Numbered from the stretch's first letter, positions 7,747 to 17,463 are shown. The stretch: DNA of 32,000 nt from Clostridia bacterium (GCA_050950825.1 JBMNIH010000003.1:298376-330375); one strand, 5' to 3'. The notes: generated by a model from the letters alone, not told the origin. Numbers and translations: made by a program.

Positions 7747-7767
7747 TAACGCAATTTTATTGCGTTA
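7747..7767 (+). promoter_or_regulatory. Perfect palindrome TAACGCAAT-ttt-ATTGCGTTA in the leader of paralogue C
   Basis: 9-bp arms read directly. It ends 29 nt before the ATG, the same relative position as the hairpin before the 5678 gene. Confidence 0.45.
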
Positions 7768-7796
7768 CAAATATATAATTAAAGAGGAGGTTACAT

Positions 7797-9656
7797 ATGT
7801 CTAAGCGTGTTATACGTTTATTATGTATGACGGTTGTGATGGCGTTAATGCTTACATTCATCGCTTGCTCGCAAACAAGCGAAGAACAACCGAGTGTAAC
7901 GACAACTGCAGCATCCACAACCACCGGTGCCATTACAACAACCAAAGCCGAAACTACAACGACCGCAGGTACAACTGCTCCGGTAGAAGAAAATCCTTTT
8001 GCCGAGTTTTATGAAGTATCCTGGATCAGCGGTTTCGGTGCCGATTATGTCGAAGGTGCATACGATGAACTGATGATCGAAGAAAAGTACAACATTGACT
8101 TAAAGGTCTGGAACATCAGTTATTATGACAGAGAAGGTTTGACCATGATGTTAGCCGCAGGGGATATTCCTGATGTCAGCTATATCCCGGAAGCTCCCAT
8201 GGATGCGGTACAATTGTACAACGAAGGATTCACAAGATCCATTTCTCTCGATATGTACAAGAAGTACTTCCCGTACTACTATCAACAAATGCAAAATCAT
8301 GCTCCTTCCAGCTTTGTGTACAACAACATTCCGGGAACCGAAGATTATTATGGTATTTCTTTCATTATGACCACATGGATGTCATACTATAATGCTCCTA
8401 TGTTCCGTTTGGACTGGCTGGAAAACATCGGTTATGACATTCCCGAATCCGAATTAACTCCCATCACATTCAACGATGAAAAATTAGGACCGTTCAACGG
8501 CAATCTGTTCATCACCAACTACATGTTCGAGTTTGACGAAATGAACGACATCTTCAGAGCGTTCACGGAAGACGACCCGGACGGAAACGGTGAAGACGAT
8601 ACCTACGCAGCCGTTATATTCAACCATACCTTCCGTTCAGCATGGGTTGACCTGTACTGGGGTATGTTCGGTGTGAACTCTTCCGAAAACAACTACTTGT
8701 ACTTGGAAGAATCCACCGGTGACGTAGTTCCTTGGTATGCTTATTCCGGATACAGAGACTACATGGTATGGGCTAACGAAATGTACAACAAAGGATACAT
8801 GAGAACCTTATCCGGTGACGGCGCTTGGTACGACGTATTGTTGGCAACATGGATGACCGGTAAAGTCGGATTCTTCACGGCCGACAGAAACTATATCGGA
8901 CGTCCGGACTTCCCGGAATACTCCGACAGACAACCGCCGCAGGGCTTCTGGGTAAACGGTATGACCGATGCGAAATTCGTTGTTATGCCGGTTCTGAAAG
9001 GCCCCGGAGATGTTTGGGGTAACAGAAGATACGGTCTCGACGCATTTGCAGACGGTAAATGGAGAACCTACAACATAGCGAAATCCGTTTCCGATGGCGA
9101 ATTGGCACGTATCCTGACCATGTGGAACGACAGATACTCCGATCCGAAAGAAGATTGGAACGTAAGAGCATACATCGGTATCGAAGGAATCCACTTCAAA
9201 TGGACAGGAGAACCTTGGAAATCCGGTATGATTACAACCGAAGCCGCTAAGGTTCCTCCGCAGTACAGAAAAGCCGGATTCTTCGGCGGAAGCTTCTTGC
9301 CTGAACCGTTATACTACGGTAACGAAGGTGCTTACCAAGTCGGACAATTCTCCATCGAAAACAGATGGACGGAAAAATACTGTATCGAACCGTACAAATA
9401 TCTGAACAAGCTGAACATGGGTGAAGACCTGTACAATGCATACATCGAAGATTATGCAGAAGTAAGCGGTTCCATCAACGCAGCAATCTCCGATTTTGCA
9501 AACCGTTCTTGGAGAGGAGAAATCTCCGATATGTCCTCCGAGTGGGTACAATACATCAACCAATTATATTCTGCAGGTTTGGAAGACATCATTAAGAAAT
9601 ACTACAACAACGAAGACTTCAAACCGTATATAAGACCGACATTCACTTATAATTAA
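7797..9656 (+). CDS. SBP-like lipoprotein, paralogue C (lipobox FIAC, Thr-rich linker)
   Basis: GAGGAGG lies 6 nt before the ATG. It has a lipoprotein signal and the same conserved blocks, but is clearly more diverged than B and A'. Confidence 0.85.
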   Translation: MSKRVIRLLCMTVVMALMLTFIACSQTSEEQPSVTTTAASTTTGAITTTKAETTTTAGTTAPVEENPFAEFYEVSWISGFGADYVEGAYDELMIEEKYNIDLKVWNISYYDREGLTMMLAAGDIPDVSYIPEAPMDAVQLYNEGFTRSISLDMYKKYFPYYYQQMQNHAPSSFVYNNIPGTEDYYGISFIMTTWMSYYNAPMFRLDWLENIGYDIPESELTPITFNDEKLGPFNGNLFITNYMFEFDEMNDIFRAFTEDDPDGNGEDDTYAAVIFNHTFRSAWVDLYWGMFGVNSSENNYLYLEESTGDVVPWYAYSGYRDYMVWANEMYNKGYMRTLSGDGAWYDVLLATWMTGKVGFFTADRNYIGRPDFPEYSDRQPPQGFWVNGMTDAKFVVMPVLKGPGDVWGNRRYGLDAFADGKWRTYNIAKSVSDGELARILTMWNDRYSDPKEDWNVRAYIGIEGIHFKWTGEPWKSGMITTEAAKVPPQYRKAGFFGGSFLPEPLYYGNEGAYQVGQFSIENRWTEKYCIEPYKYLNKLNMGEDLYNAYIEDYAEVSGSINAAISDFANRSWRGEISDMSSEWVQYINQLYSAGLEDIIKKYYNNEDFKPYIRPTFTYN

Positions 9657-9666
9657 GCAAATGGAA

Positions 9667-9693
9667 AGAGGGGCTAAAAAGCCCCTCTTTTTT
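9667..9693. terminator. Bidirectional terminator between convergent genes
   Basis: AGAGGGGC-taaaaa-GCCCCTCT flanked by A- and T-runs. Confidence 0.7.
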
Positions 9694-9710
9694 AATGCTC
9701 TTTATTCATA

Positions 9711-10700
9711 TTATGCAATGGTCGCCAATTGTTCTTCCTTTACCTCCCCGAGGATCGGTTCTCTGTTTATAAAGCTTTCGATGGCCTGCACCGTATAAAG
9801 ACCGATACGAAATCTTCCGTTGGTAACGGCACCGGCGATATGAGGCGTCATGATTATATTCGGCAAGGTTCGAAAAGGATGATCGACGGCAGGCGGCTCC
9901 GGATCCGTTACATCCAAGCAAGCCTTGATCCGTCCGGTTTTGCACTCTTCATACAGCGCCTCTTCATCGATTAAGGAGCCTCGAGCGGTGTTAATTAAGG
10001 TGGCTCCGTCTTTCATCAGCTTCAAATTGGATCGATTGATCATTTTGTTGGTCGCAGGCAGGGACGGCGCATGAAGGGAAACAACCTCGCTTGACCTCAT
10101 CAATTCGTCCAGCTCCACCTTCTTTACTCCCAGTTCTTTTGCCTGTTCTTCGGAAACAAAAGGATCGTATAACAAAATGTTGACGTGAAAGTTTTTTAAC
10201 AGCTTGATAAAATGCCTTCCCACCCAACCGGCTCCTACGACGCCGATATTGATTCCGTACATTTCCTTCGTTTTCATTTTGTTTTTAGCCCATTCCCCGT
10301 TGTGAATGTCCGTGTCCAACTCCTTTACATTTTTAACGGAGATAATGGTTAAACCCAAAGCCGTTTCGGCAACACCGATACCGATGGCATTGGCACAGCT
10401 TACGACACGTATTCCCCTCGGGAAGATTTGGTCGCTCATGATGGGTTTTACGGACCCGGCGGCATGTATAATCAATTTGAGATTCGGAGCCGTATCCAAT
10501 ATGTCTTTGTCTAAGGAAGGAGTTCCCCAAGAAGTAATAGCGATGTCGGCTTCCTTAATCAATTCCTTGACCCGCTCCTTGTTCGGAGCCTTCAAATCCT
10601 CGTTTTGCGTCACTTCGCCTAATTGTAACAGCTTCTCCATACACTCCGAATCAAACAAAGAGTCGGCAAGAGGTTTTTGTGCAAGCAGCGAAATCTTCAA
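9711..10700 (-). CDS. D-isomer-specific 2-hydroxyacid dehydrogenase family protein (NAD-binding)
   Basis: GVVGAGWVGRH Rossmann motif, plus NTARGSLIDEEAL, LDVTDPEP and MTPHIAG blocks. The start is uncertain. TTG at 10700 sits 9 nt after AAGGAG and gives MKISLL...; TTG at 10706 is only 3 nt from the SD. Confidence 0.75.
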   Translation of the reverse strand: MKISLLAQKPLADSLFDSECMEKLLQLGEVTQNEDLKAPNKERVKELIKEADIAITSWGTPSLDKDILDTAPNLKLIIHAAGSVKPIMSDQIFPRGIRVVSCANAIGIGVAETALGLTIISVKNVKELDTDIHNGEWAKNKMKTKEMYGINIGVVGAGWVGRHFIKLLKNFHVNILLYDPFVSEEQAKELGVKKVELDELMRSSEVVSLHAPSLPATNKMINRSNLKLMKDGATLINTARGSLIDEEALYEECKTGRIKACLDVTDPEPPAVDHPFRTLPNIIMTPHIAGAVTNGRFRIGLYTVQAIESFINREPILGEVKEEQLATIA

Positions 10701-10771
10701 AAACAATCACTCCTTAACTGTCTGTTTTTAACCATTGTATCACAATTACTCAATTCGTATGTTTATTTGTG

Positions 10772-10803
10772 AAAAAATAAAGGAAGAGGCGAAGCTCTTC
10801 CTT
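10772..10803 (-). terminator. Terminator after the Gfo/Idh/MocA gene
   Basis: Minus strand reads AAGGAAGAG-cttcgc-CTCTTCCTT followed by TTATTTTTT. Confidence 0.65.
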
Positions 10804-10821
10804 TACTTTCGTTCGAATTAT

Positions 10822-11892
10822 TTATTTAAGCTCTTCGTTGACAACCTTGACGCCTTCTCTTGCCGATTTGTAAATGGCTTGGACTACCTTCAGCGCTTCG
10901 TATCCGTCGATACCTCTCAAACCGATTTTTGCGTCCTTGTTGTCTCGTATGCATTCCATAAAGTGACGAATTTCGCTTACATAACCTAAGTTGAATTTTT
11001 CGTCAACGGCAGGTCGAGACCATCCGGTGGTTATTTCCGCTTTTTCAACCGTATAGCTTAAGCCGGGTATGGAGAACACGTTAATGGGAGAAGAGAAGGA
11101 CAAATCCACGTGCATGCAGCCTTCCGTGCCGTAAACCTCGAACACGTCTTCCATGCCGCCTTTGGTAACATAGTTGGCTTCGATTAAAGCGGAGGTTCCG
11201 TCTTGGAATTTAATCAAGCATGCGGACCAGTCTTCGCCTTCCATCTGCTTGTGAACCAGATTGTTTTCCTTGCCACCTGAGGTCATGGCCATCAATTCCG
11301 TCCATTTGTTTTCTTTCAATGCCAAAAGGAAGGAGATGGGGTGGCATCCCAAGTGAATCATACATCCGCCGCCGCAGAATGCGATGGTTTGGGCGAAAGG
11401 AGAATGGGATCCGCTATGGCATTCTCTTGCACGATAGTAAAGGGGTTTACCGATAGCGCCTTCCTTAACGATATCCAAAGCTTTTAATAAAGCCGGCGCA
11501 AACAACCAGTCTTCCGCATAATATAGCCTTTTACCGGCCTTCTCTGCCGCCTGCAGTATTTCGCGAGCGTCTTCCAATGTTGTGGCGAGGGGCTTTTCGG
11601 TAATAACGTGTCTGCCCTTTTGGAAAGCATACACGGCTACATCGTGGTGCATGAAGTTGGGTAAGCAAATGTCCACCACATCACAATCTACATTGTCAAT
11701 TGCGTCTTTCCAATCATCGTATTGCGCGTAATCCTTTAATCCGTATCTATCCGCTAATTCTTTTACTCTTTCCGGTCTTTTGTCTGCAAGCCCGACAATG
11801 GTTGCCAGTTCGGGGCAACGTACATATCCTTCTACGTGCAAGTTCGCAGCGAACGCGGCTCCTACAACGAGAACTCTAACCTTCTTGTCCAT
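10822..11892 (-). CDS. Gfo/Idh/MocA family NAD(P)-dependent oxidoreductase
   Basis: N-terminus VRVLVVGAAFAANLHVEGY, then the EKP motif (VITEKPLA). GGAGG lies 7 nt before the ATG. Confidence 0.75.
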   Translation of the reverse strand: MDKKVRVLVVGAAFAANLHVEGYVRCPELATIVGLADKRPERVKELADRYGLKDYAQYDDWKDAIDNVDCDVVDICLPNFMHHDVAVYAFQKGRHVITEKPLATTLEDAREILQAAEKAGKRLYYAEDWLFAPALLKALDIVKEGAIGKPLYYRARECHSGSHSPFAQTIAFCGGGCMIHLGCHPISFLLALKENKWTELMAMTSGGKENNLVHKQMEGEDWSACLIKFQDGTSALIEANYVTKGGMEDVFEVYGTEGCMHVDLSFSSPINVFSIPGLSYTVEKAEITTGWSRPAVDEKFNLGYVSEIRHFMECIRDNKDAKIGLRGIDGYEALKVVQAIYKSAREGVKVVNEELK

Positions 11893-11977
11893 CCTAATAC
11901 CTCCGATATATAAATAAATAAGTAACCGTATTTTTACTTACATCTATTATATGTACAAAGCACCCGCTCGTCAACTG

Positions 11978-12817
11978 TTACAGACCTTTTAAGGCGCCTA
12001 TGACATCCTTTGAACGGAATATCAATCCGTACAAGGTCGAAATCATATACAATTGGCCGTGCTTGTTCCATTCCCCTCGAATGCTTTCCTTCGTTTCCAT
12101 GGCTACGGTAGCGTCCTCAATGACGGAGCATATAAGGCCTTTTCGGAACATATCCACCATACCGCAGGGAGATACCTGCAAGCAGCAGTTTAGTGCAAAC
12201 CCGGTGTATATCAAATGATTAATTCCCTCTTTTTTGCATAGAGCAAACAATTCTTCCGTAGTCGCGGCGATCGGCTCGTCGCCTATCGGCATGGCCTCAT
12301 CCGCGAAGTTTCGTATCTTTATGGAACGGTGAATATCCTCCATGTTGTGCTTTCCGTAAGAAGCGTCGTAGGTAATCATTTCTTTGATTTTTCGATAGGC
12401 ATCATCCGGTTCGCAGAGATCCGGCTTCGGTTGAACCGCTCCGATGCCATGTTGTTCGTTGTATTCTTTCAACGTCTTCAGAACGTATTGGTATCCGGGA
12501 TAGGAAGAATAGTAGTCCGGGCCTCCTACCACGTGATACAAGCGGAGAGGGGAATTTCGAACCGTTTCCAACAGCTCCGGAAACACTTTCTTGCATACCT
12601 CGTAAGAACGAAGCACGTATTCGTTTGCTCGGAAAACGCCGGGGTATTCCTCCGGGGTTCCTACGTTCCAAGCATGCATCACCACTACCGCCGTCTTTTC
12701 CGGATTGATTTCCACCGTTCTTGTGTCCCATCCGAGATATCCGTCTGCCGGAACTTCCAAGGTAAAATCCGCATCATAGCCTCTGTAAATCTTAGCCTTC
12801 AGTTGAATCGTATTCAT
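11978..12817 (-). CDS. Isochorismatase-like (cysteine hydrolase fold) protein, divergent
   Basis: The C-terminal pattern INHLIYTGFALNCCLQVS...VIEDATVA resembles the isochorismatase/nicotinamidase core. The start is taken at ATG 12817, downstream of AGGAGG; the GTG at 12841 contains the SD within its first codons. Confidence 0.45.
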   Translation of the reverse strand: MNTIQLKAKIYRGYDADFTLEVPADGYLGWDTRTVEINPEKTAVVVMHAWNVGTPEEYPGVFRANEYVLRSYEVCKKVFPELLETVRNSPLRLYHVVGGPDYYSSYPGYQYVLKTLKEYNEQHGIGAVQPKPDLCEPDDAYRKIKEMITYDASYGKHNMEDIHRSIKIRNFADEAMPIGDEPIAATTEELFALCKKEGINHLIYTGFALNCCLQVSPCGMVDMFRKGLICSVIEDATVAMETKESIRGEWNKHGQLYMISTLYGLIFRSKDVIGALKGL

Positions 12818-12979
12818 AAACGATTTGATCCTCCTATGCACTCAAAAGAGACGTTCTTTTTTGAATTATACCATACCTTCGTAAGGTTCTTTGTCCTATT
12901 ACGATATTTTTATTAAGGAATTTATGTTTTTTACAACCGTTTTGTATTGAAAAAAGTGCAATAAATAATTCAAATTTTA

Positions 12980-13007
12980 TTGACATCACAAAAGATTGTG
13001 CTATAAT
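12980..13007 (+). promoter_or_regulatory. Near-consensus sigma-A promoter of the XRE-pot operon
   Basis: TTGACA (12980-12985), 16-nt spacer ending in TGc, then TATAAT (13002-13007). Confidence 0.65.
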
Positions 13008-13014
13008 GAATTCG

Positions 13015-13039
13015 CTTTGTTTAGTATAACTAAACAAAG
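13015..13039 (+). promoter_or_regulatory. Perfect 11-bp-arm palindrome CTTTGTTTAGT-ata-ACTAAACAAAG, candidate operator
   Basis: Read directly. It starts 8 nt after the -10 box, so it overlaps the predicted transcription start region. Confidence 0.5.
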
Positions 13040-13088
13040 AGTTTAATTAAAATAAATTTTTAAAATGTAAAAAGCAAGAAGAGAAACC

Positions 13089-13628
13089 ATGAATATAGGG
13101 AAAAAGATTAAAAGGTTAAGACAACTGAATAATTTGACCCAGCAAGAGCTTGCCGATCGGAGCGAACTGTCAAAAGGCTACATATCTCAGCTTGAGAAAA
13201 ACATAGCTTCTCCTTCCATCGCCACTTTAATGGATCTGTTGCAGTGTTTAGGTACGGATTTGAAAGAGTTCTTCAGTCAAGACGAGGATTATCAAGTCGT
13301 GTTTACCGCCAATGACATGTTCGAAAATGAAAACGAAGAAAACAAAAGCCTGGTGAAATGGTTGGTACCGAATTGCAAGAAGTACACCATGGAACCGATC
13401 ATCATGATTTTACAACCGGGAGGTGTCTCCAAAAAGGATGAACCTCATAGCGGGGAAGAATTCGGTTATGTATTGGATGGAACCGTCGACATCCATTTGG
13501 GTTCGACGGTACACAAAGCCCGAAAAGGGAACTCGTTTTACTACGATGCCTCTTTACCCCACTACATCAGCAATTCGGGAAAACGCCCCGCAAAGATATT
13601 ATGGATTTCATCGCCACCTAATTTTTAA
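13089..13628 (+). CDS. XRE-family HTH plus C-terminal cupin transcriptional regulator
   Basis: N-terminus IGKKIKRLRQLNNLTQQELADRSELSKGYISQLE (Cro/C1-type HTH). C-terminus HSGEEFGYVLDGT...FYYDASLPHYISN is cupin-like. Confidence 0.8.
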   Translation: MNIGKKIKRLRQLNNLTQQELADRSELSKGYISQLEKNIASPSIATLMDLLQCLGTDLKEFFSQDEDYQVVFTANDMFENENEENKSLVKWLVPNCKKYTMEPIIMILQPGGVSKKDEPHSGEEFGYVLDGTVDIHLGSTVHKARKGNSFYYDASLPHYISNSGKRPAKILWISSPPNF

Positions 13629-13655
13629 TAATGATACGAAAGGATAGAGAAAGTA

Positions 13656-14708
13656 ATGTCGGATTACATTATTGAACTGAAGAACGTTACCAAAATCTTT
13701 GAAGACGGCTTTGTAGCGTTGGATAACCTTAATTTGAGCATCAAAAAAAATGAATTCTTAACATTACTTGGCCCCAGCGGATGCGGCAAGACCACAACCC
13801 TGCGGATTATAGGCGGCTTTGAGACGCCAACCAAAGGAGACGTCATATTTCAAGGACAAAGGATCAACGATCTTCCTCCGCACAAGAGAAAGGTAAATAC
13901 GGTCTTTCAAAAGTACGCTTTATTTACCCATTTGAATGTTTTTGACAACGTTGCTTTCGGATTGAAGATTTCCAAAACACCGAAAAATGAAATAAAGGAA
14001 AGAGTTACGGAAATGCTGGCCTTGGTAAACCTGCACGGCTTTGAAGAACGGCAGGTGGAGTCCTTAAGCGGCGGCCAACAGCAAAGAGTCGCCATTGCCA
14101 GAGCGTTGGTCAATCGTCCCGATGTTTTATTGTTGGACGAACCCCTTGGCGCCTTGGACCTGAAAATGCGCAAGGAAATGCAAATTGAACTGAAAAAAAT
14201 GCAGGAAAAGCTGGGTATCACCTTTGTGTACGTAACCCATGACCAAGAAGAAGCCCTCAGCATGTCCGACAGCATCGTCATTTTAAAAGACGGTATCGTT
14301 CAACAGATTGGCGATCCGGTTTCCATATACAACGAACCGAAAAACGCATTTGTAGCGGATTTTATCGGAGAAAGCAATATATTAGACGGAACCATGGTCA
14401 AAGATAAATTGGTCCGTTTCTGCAATAAAGACATTCCCTGTATCGATACGGGATTTGAGCCGAACGAGCCTATTGATGTGGTGATTCGACCGGAAGACAT
14501 CGATATCGTGAAGCTATCCGATGCGCAGTGGACAGGGAAAGTTTTGTCCGTCGTGTTTAAAGGGGTGCATTACGATATAACGGTAGAATCTCCGGACGGA
14601 TTTATATGGCTTATACAAAATACCGACCGTCAATACGAAGGCGATACGATCGGTATGAGCGTAGATCCGGAAAACATTCACATTATGAAAAAGGTGGTGG
14701 TGCCATGA
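13656..14708 (+). CDS. potA: Spermidine/putrescine ABC transporter ATP-binding protein
   Basis: Walker [10 protein letters not shown], signature [15 protein letters not shown], Walker [12 protein letters not shown], and a PotA-type C-terminal regulatory domain. Confidence 0.85.
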   Translation: MSDYIIELKNVTKIFEDGFVALDNLNLSIKKNEFLTLLGPSGCGKTTTLRIIGGFETPTKGDVIFQGQRINDLPPHKRKVNTVFQKYALFTHLNVFDNVAFGLKISKTPKNEIKERVTEMLALVNLHGFEERQVESLSGGQQQRVAIARALVNRPDVLLLDEPLGALDLKMRKEMQIELKKMQEKLGITFVYVTHDQEEALSMSDSIVILKDGIVQQIGDPVSIYNEPKNAFVADFIGESNILDGTMVKDKLVRFCNKDIPCIDTGFEPNEPIDVVIRPEDIDIVKLSDAQWTGKVLSVVFKGVHYDITVESPDGFIWLIQNTDRQYEGDTIGMSVDPENIHIMKKVVVP

Positions 14709-15523
14709 AAAGGTGGTTCTCTCTCCCTTACTTGGTGTGGATGGTTATCTTCATCACCGTCCCGCTGCTGCTGATTCTATTCTACGCTGTAACCGAAAGA
14801 ACCGACCAAGGCCTTGTATTTACAGCGAATCATTTTAAACAGATATTTGATCCGCTGTATTTAAAGGTTTTTTTACGGTCTTTTAAAATTGCTTTTATCG
14901 CCACATTGATTTGCTTGGCCTTAGGATACCCGGTAGCACTTTTCCTCGCATCCAAGGATTTTCCCAACTCCTCCACCTATTTGCTGCTGTTCGTTATTCC
15001 CATGTGGATGAACTTTCTGTTAAGGACTTATGCATGGCTGACCTTATTGGAGAACAACGGCATTATTAACCAGGCGCTGGAGCTGCTCGGTATTTCGAAG
15101 GTACAATTCTTGTACAACGAGGGCGCCGTCATATTGGGTACGGTATATAACTTTTTGCCCTTTATGGTTCTACCCGTTTACTCGGTCATCGTAAAAATCG
15201 ACGAAAGCGTTATACGGGCCGCCCAAGATTTAGGTGCGAACAACATTCAGGTTTTGCTCAAGGTGATTGTTCCTTTAAGCCTTCCCGGAGTGATAAGCGG
15301 TATTACCATGGTTTTCATGCCGTCGGTTTCCACCTTCGTTATTTCCCGTTTGTTAGGAGGAGGCCAATTCCCGTTAATCGGTAATATTATCGAGCAACAG
15401 TTCCTGCTGACAAGCAATTGGGGATTCGGTTCGGCCTTGTCCTTCGTATTGCTCGTATTGGTTATTATCAGCATGTTCTTTACCAACATGAATAACAAGG
15501 ACGGAAAGGAGAGCATACTATGA
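14705..15523 (+). CDS. potB: Spermidine/putrescine ABC transporter permease
   Basis: The ATG at 14705 overlaps the potA stop (ATGA). The product is a multi-pass membrane protein with the EAAxxLG-type motif (RAAQDLGAN). The ORF-track start at 14606 lies inside potA and is rejected. Confidence 0.85.
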   Translation: MKRWFSLPYLVWMVIFITVPLLLILFYAVTERTDQGLVFTANHFKQIFDPLYLKVFLRSFKIAFIATLICLALGYPVALFLASKDFPNSSTYLLLFVIPMWMNFLLRTYAWLTLLENNGIINQALELLGISKVQFLYNEGAVILGTVYNFLPFMVLPVYSVIVKIDESVIRAAQDLGANNIQVLLKVIVPLSLPGVISGITMVFMPSVSTFVISRLLGGGQFPLIGNIIEQQFLLTSNWGFGSALSFVLLVLVIISMFFTNMNNKDGKESIL

Positions 15524-16317
15524 GTAAAGTATTGAAAAAACTGTATATTTGGCTGATCATACTCTTTCTGTATGCACCCATTGTGGTGTTGATGGTATAC
15601 AGCTTCAACGACTCGAGATCCCGGGCTACATGGAGCGGCTTTACTTTTCGTTGGTATATCGAGCTGTTTCAAGACAGAATGATCTTACAAGCCTTGTATT
15701 ACACCATCACCATCGCTTTGCTCTCGTCCGTCATCGCCACGATAATCGGAACATTTGCAGCCATCGGAATTTTCGGATACAAAAAGCTCAGCTTCAATTT
15801 GGTCCGAAACATATCCTACATACCGGTCATCAATGCCGATATCGTTACCGGGGTGTCCCTCATGCTGTTGTTTGTGTTTTTAGGCATCAACCAAGGCTTT
15901 TTCACGCTGCTGATCGCCCATATTACCTTCAACATCCCGTATGTCATATTTTCGGTATTGCCGAAACTGTACCAAATGGACGTCCACGTTTACGAGGCGG
16001 CAATGGACTTAGGGGCAAGTCCTTTGACTTCCATATTAAAAGTAGTCATACCGGAAATACGTCATGGGATTATCACCGGTTTTTTGTTGGCTTTTACCTT
16101 GTCCTTGGACGATTTCGTGATCAGCTTTTTCACTACCGGCCCCGGAGTAAACAATCTGTCGATCATTATCTACTCCATGGCAAGAAGAGGAATCAATCCG
16201 AAAATCAATGCCTTGTCTACATTGATGTTTGCCGTGGTTATGATACTGTTATTCGTTATAAATAAAAAGTCGGCATCCAATAATCATTTAGAAAAGAAAG
16301 TTAGGAGGGAGATTTAA
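15520..16317 (+). CDS. potC: Spermidine/putrescine ABC transporter permease
   Basis: ATGA overlap with potB. The product is a membrane protein with the motif EAAMDLGAS. Confidence 0.85.
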   Translation: MSKVLKKLYIWLIILFLYAPIVVLMVYSFNDSRSRATWSGFTFRWYIELFQDRMILQALYYTITIALLSSVIATIIGTFAAIGIFGYKKLSFNLVRNISYIPVINADIVTGVSLMLLFVFLGINQGFFTLLIAHITFNIPYVIFSVLPKLYQMDVHVYEAAMDLGASPLTSILKVVIPEIRHGIITGFLLAFTLSLDDFVISFFTTGPGVNNLSIIIYSMARRGINPKINALSTLMFAVVMILLFVINKKSASNNHLEKKVRREI

Positions 16318-17355
16318 ATGACAAAAAAAGTCGGCGTTCTGTTTTTAGCTTTAATTATGATATCCGTCATGCTGCTTCCCGGATGTGACGACGAGAATAC
16401 CTTGTACGTCTATAACTGGGGAGATTACATGGACATGGAAGTCATCAAGATGTTCGAAAAGGAAACCGGTATCAAGGTGAGGTACCAAACCTACACCACC
16501 AACGAAGATATGTACGTAAAACTTAAGTCCGGTTCCGCCAAATACGACGTCATTTTCCCGTCGGATTATATGCTCGATCGTATGGTGCAAGAAGGCTTGG
16601 TGCAAAAAATCGATTTAAACAATATTCCCAACTTCGCTCTTATCAATGATATATTCAAAGATCCGGAGTACGACCCGGGCAACCAATACTCGGTTCCCTA
16701 TTTATGGGGTACGGTAGGTATTTTGTACAACAAGAAAATGGTTCAGGAACCGGTGGACAGTTGGAATATTTTATGGGACAAAAAATATGAAAAGAAAATC
16801 TTAATGGTAGACAGCCAAAGAGATTCTTTAGGCGTCGCATTAAAGCGTTTGGGCTACTCCATGAACACCACCAATACAAAAGAAGTGGACGAAGCTAAAA
16901 ATTCTTTAATCGAGCAAAAACCATTGGTTCTCGCCTATATCGTAGACGAAGCGCGAGATAAAATGGCAAATGAAGAAGCGGCTCTTGCCGTGGTATGGTC
17001 CGGAGAGGCTATACTGGCCATGGAAATGAACGAGGATTTGGCCTTTGCATATCCGAAGGAAGGATCCAACATATGGTATGACGTCGTTGCCATACCCGCC
17101 ACCTCCACGAAAAAAGAATTGGCGGAAAAATTCATTAACTTCTTATGCAGAACCGACATCGCATATATGAATGCCGTATACACCGGGTACTCCAGTCCTC
17201 AAATCGAAGTGTACGACCTTTTGGACGAAGATATACAGAACAATCCGGCTGCCTATCCTAGCGAAGAAGTCATCAAAAATTGCGAAGTGTTTAAGTATTT
17301 AGGCGACTTTGTTGAATATTACAACAGAGCATGGATGGAAGTAACGGCAAATTAA
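16318..17355 (+). CDS. potD: Spermidine/putrescine-binding lipoprotein
   Basis: AGGAGGG lies upstream and the start abuts the potC stop. It has the lipobox LLPGC and the PotD-like blocks YNWGDYMD and VPYLWGT. Confidence 0.85.
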   Translation: MTKKVGVLFLALIMISVMLLPGCDDENTLYVYNWGDYMDMEVIKMFEKETGIKVRYQTYTTNEDMYVKLKSGSAKYDVIFPSDYMLDRMVQEGLVQKIDLNNIPNFALINDIFKDPEYDPGNQYSVPYLWGTVGILYNKKMVQEPVDSWNILWDKKYEKKILMVDSQRDSLGVALKRLGYSMNTTNTKEVDEAKNSLIEQKPLVLAYIVDEARDKMANEEAALAVVWSGEAILAMEMNEDLAFAYPKEGSNIWYDVVAIPATSTKKELAEKFINFLCRTDIAYMNAVYTGYSSPQIEVYDLLDEDIQNNPAAYPSEEVIKNCEVFKYLGDFVEYYNRAWMEVTAN

Positions 17356-17369
17356 GAACAGGTCACAAA

Positions 17370-17398
17370 AAGCCTTTGGCGAAAGCCGAAGGCTTTTA
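17370..17398 (+). terminator. Terminator after potD
   Basis: AAGCCTTTGGC-gaaa-GCCGAAGGCTT followed by TTT. Confidence 0.7.
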
Positions 17399-17419
17399 CT
17401 TTTTATCGCACTTTGACTG

Positions 17420-17428
17420 TGATATAAT
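17420..17428 (+). promoter_or_regulatory. Extended -10 element TGATATAAT
   Basis: Perfect TGnTATAAT 36 nt upstream of the 17464 start. There is no good -35 box. Confidence 0.4.
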
Positions 17429-17463
17429 AACCAAAACGGTTGAAAAATCGGGGGTATTTATAA

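Noticed and set aside
1-9656. A diversity-generating retroelement or cassette-type antigenic variation system as an explanation for the paralogue differences.
   Set aside because: The window contains no reverse transcriptase, no template/variable repeat pair and no site-specific recombinase. Differences between copies are spread over all bases and the whole gene length rather than being adenine-specific or localised.
14606-14704. N-terminal extensions offered by the ORF track: potB from 14606, paralogue D from 30050, GH36-like from 28107, pgk from 24765, gap from 25926 and the transposase from 3630.
   Set aside because: In each case an internal ATG has a properly spaced SD, translational coupling, or gives the canonical N-terminus (signal peptide or Rossmann start). 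The extended starts are GTG or TTG codons lying in the upstream gene, in the SD itself or in a terminator.
15549-16265. A 238-aa ORF in an alternative plus-strand frame overlapping potC.
   Set aside because: potC in the annotated frame has the permease motif and ATGA coupling to potB. The alternative frame gives an Arg/His-rich product with no motifs.
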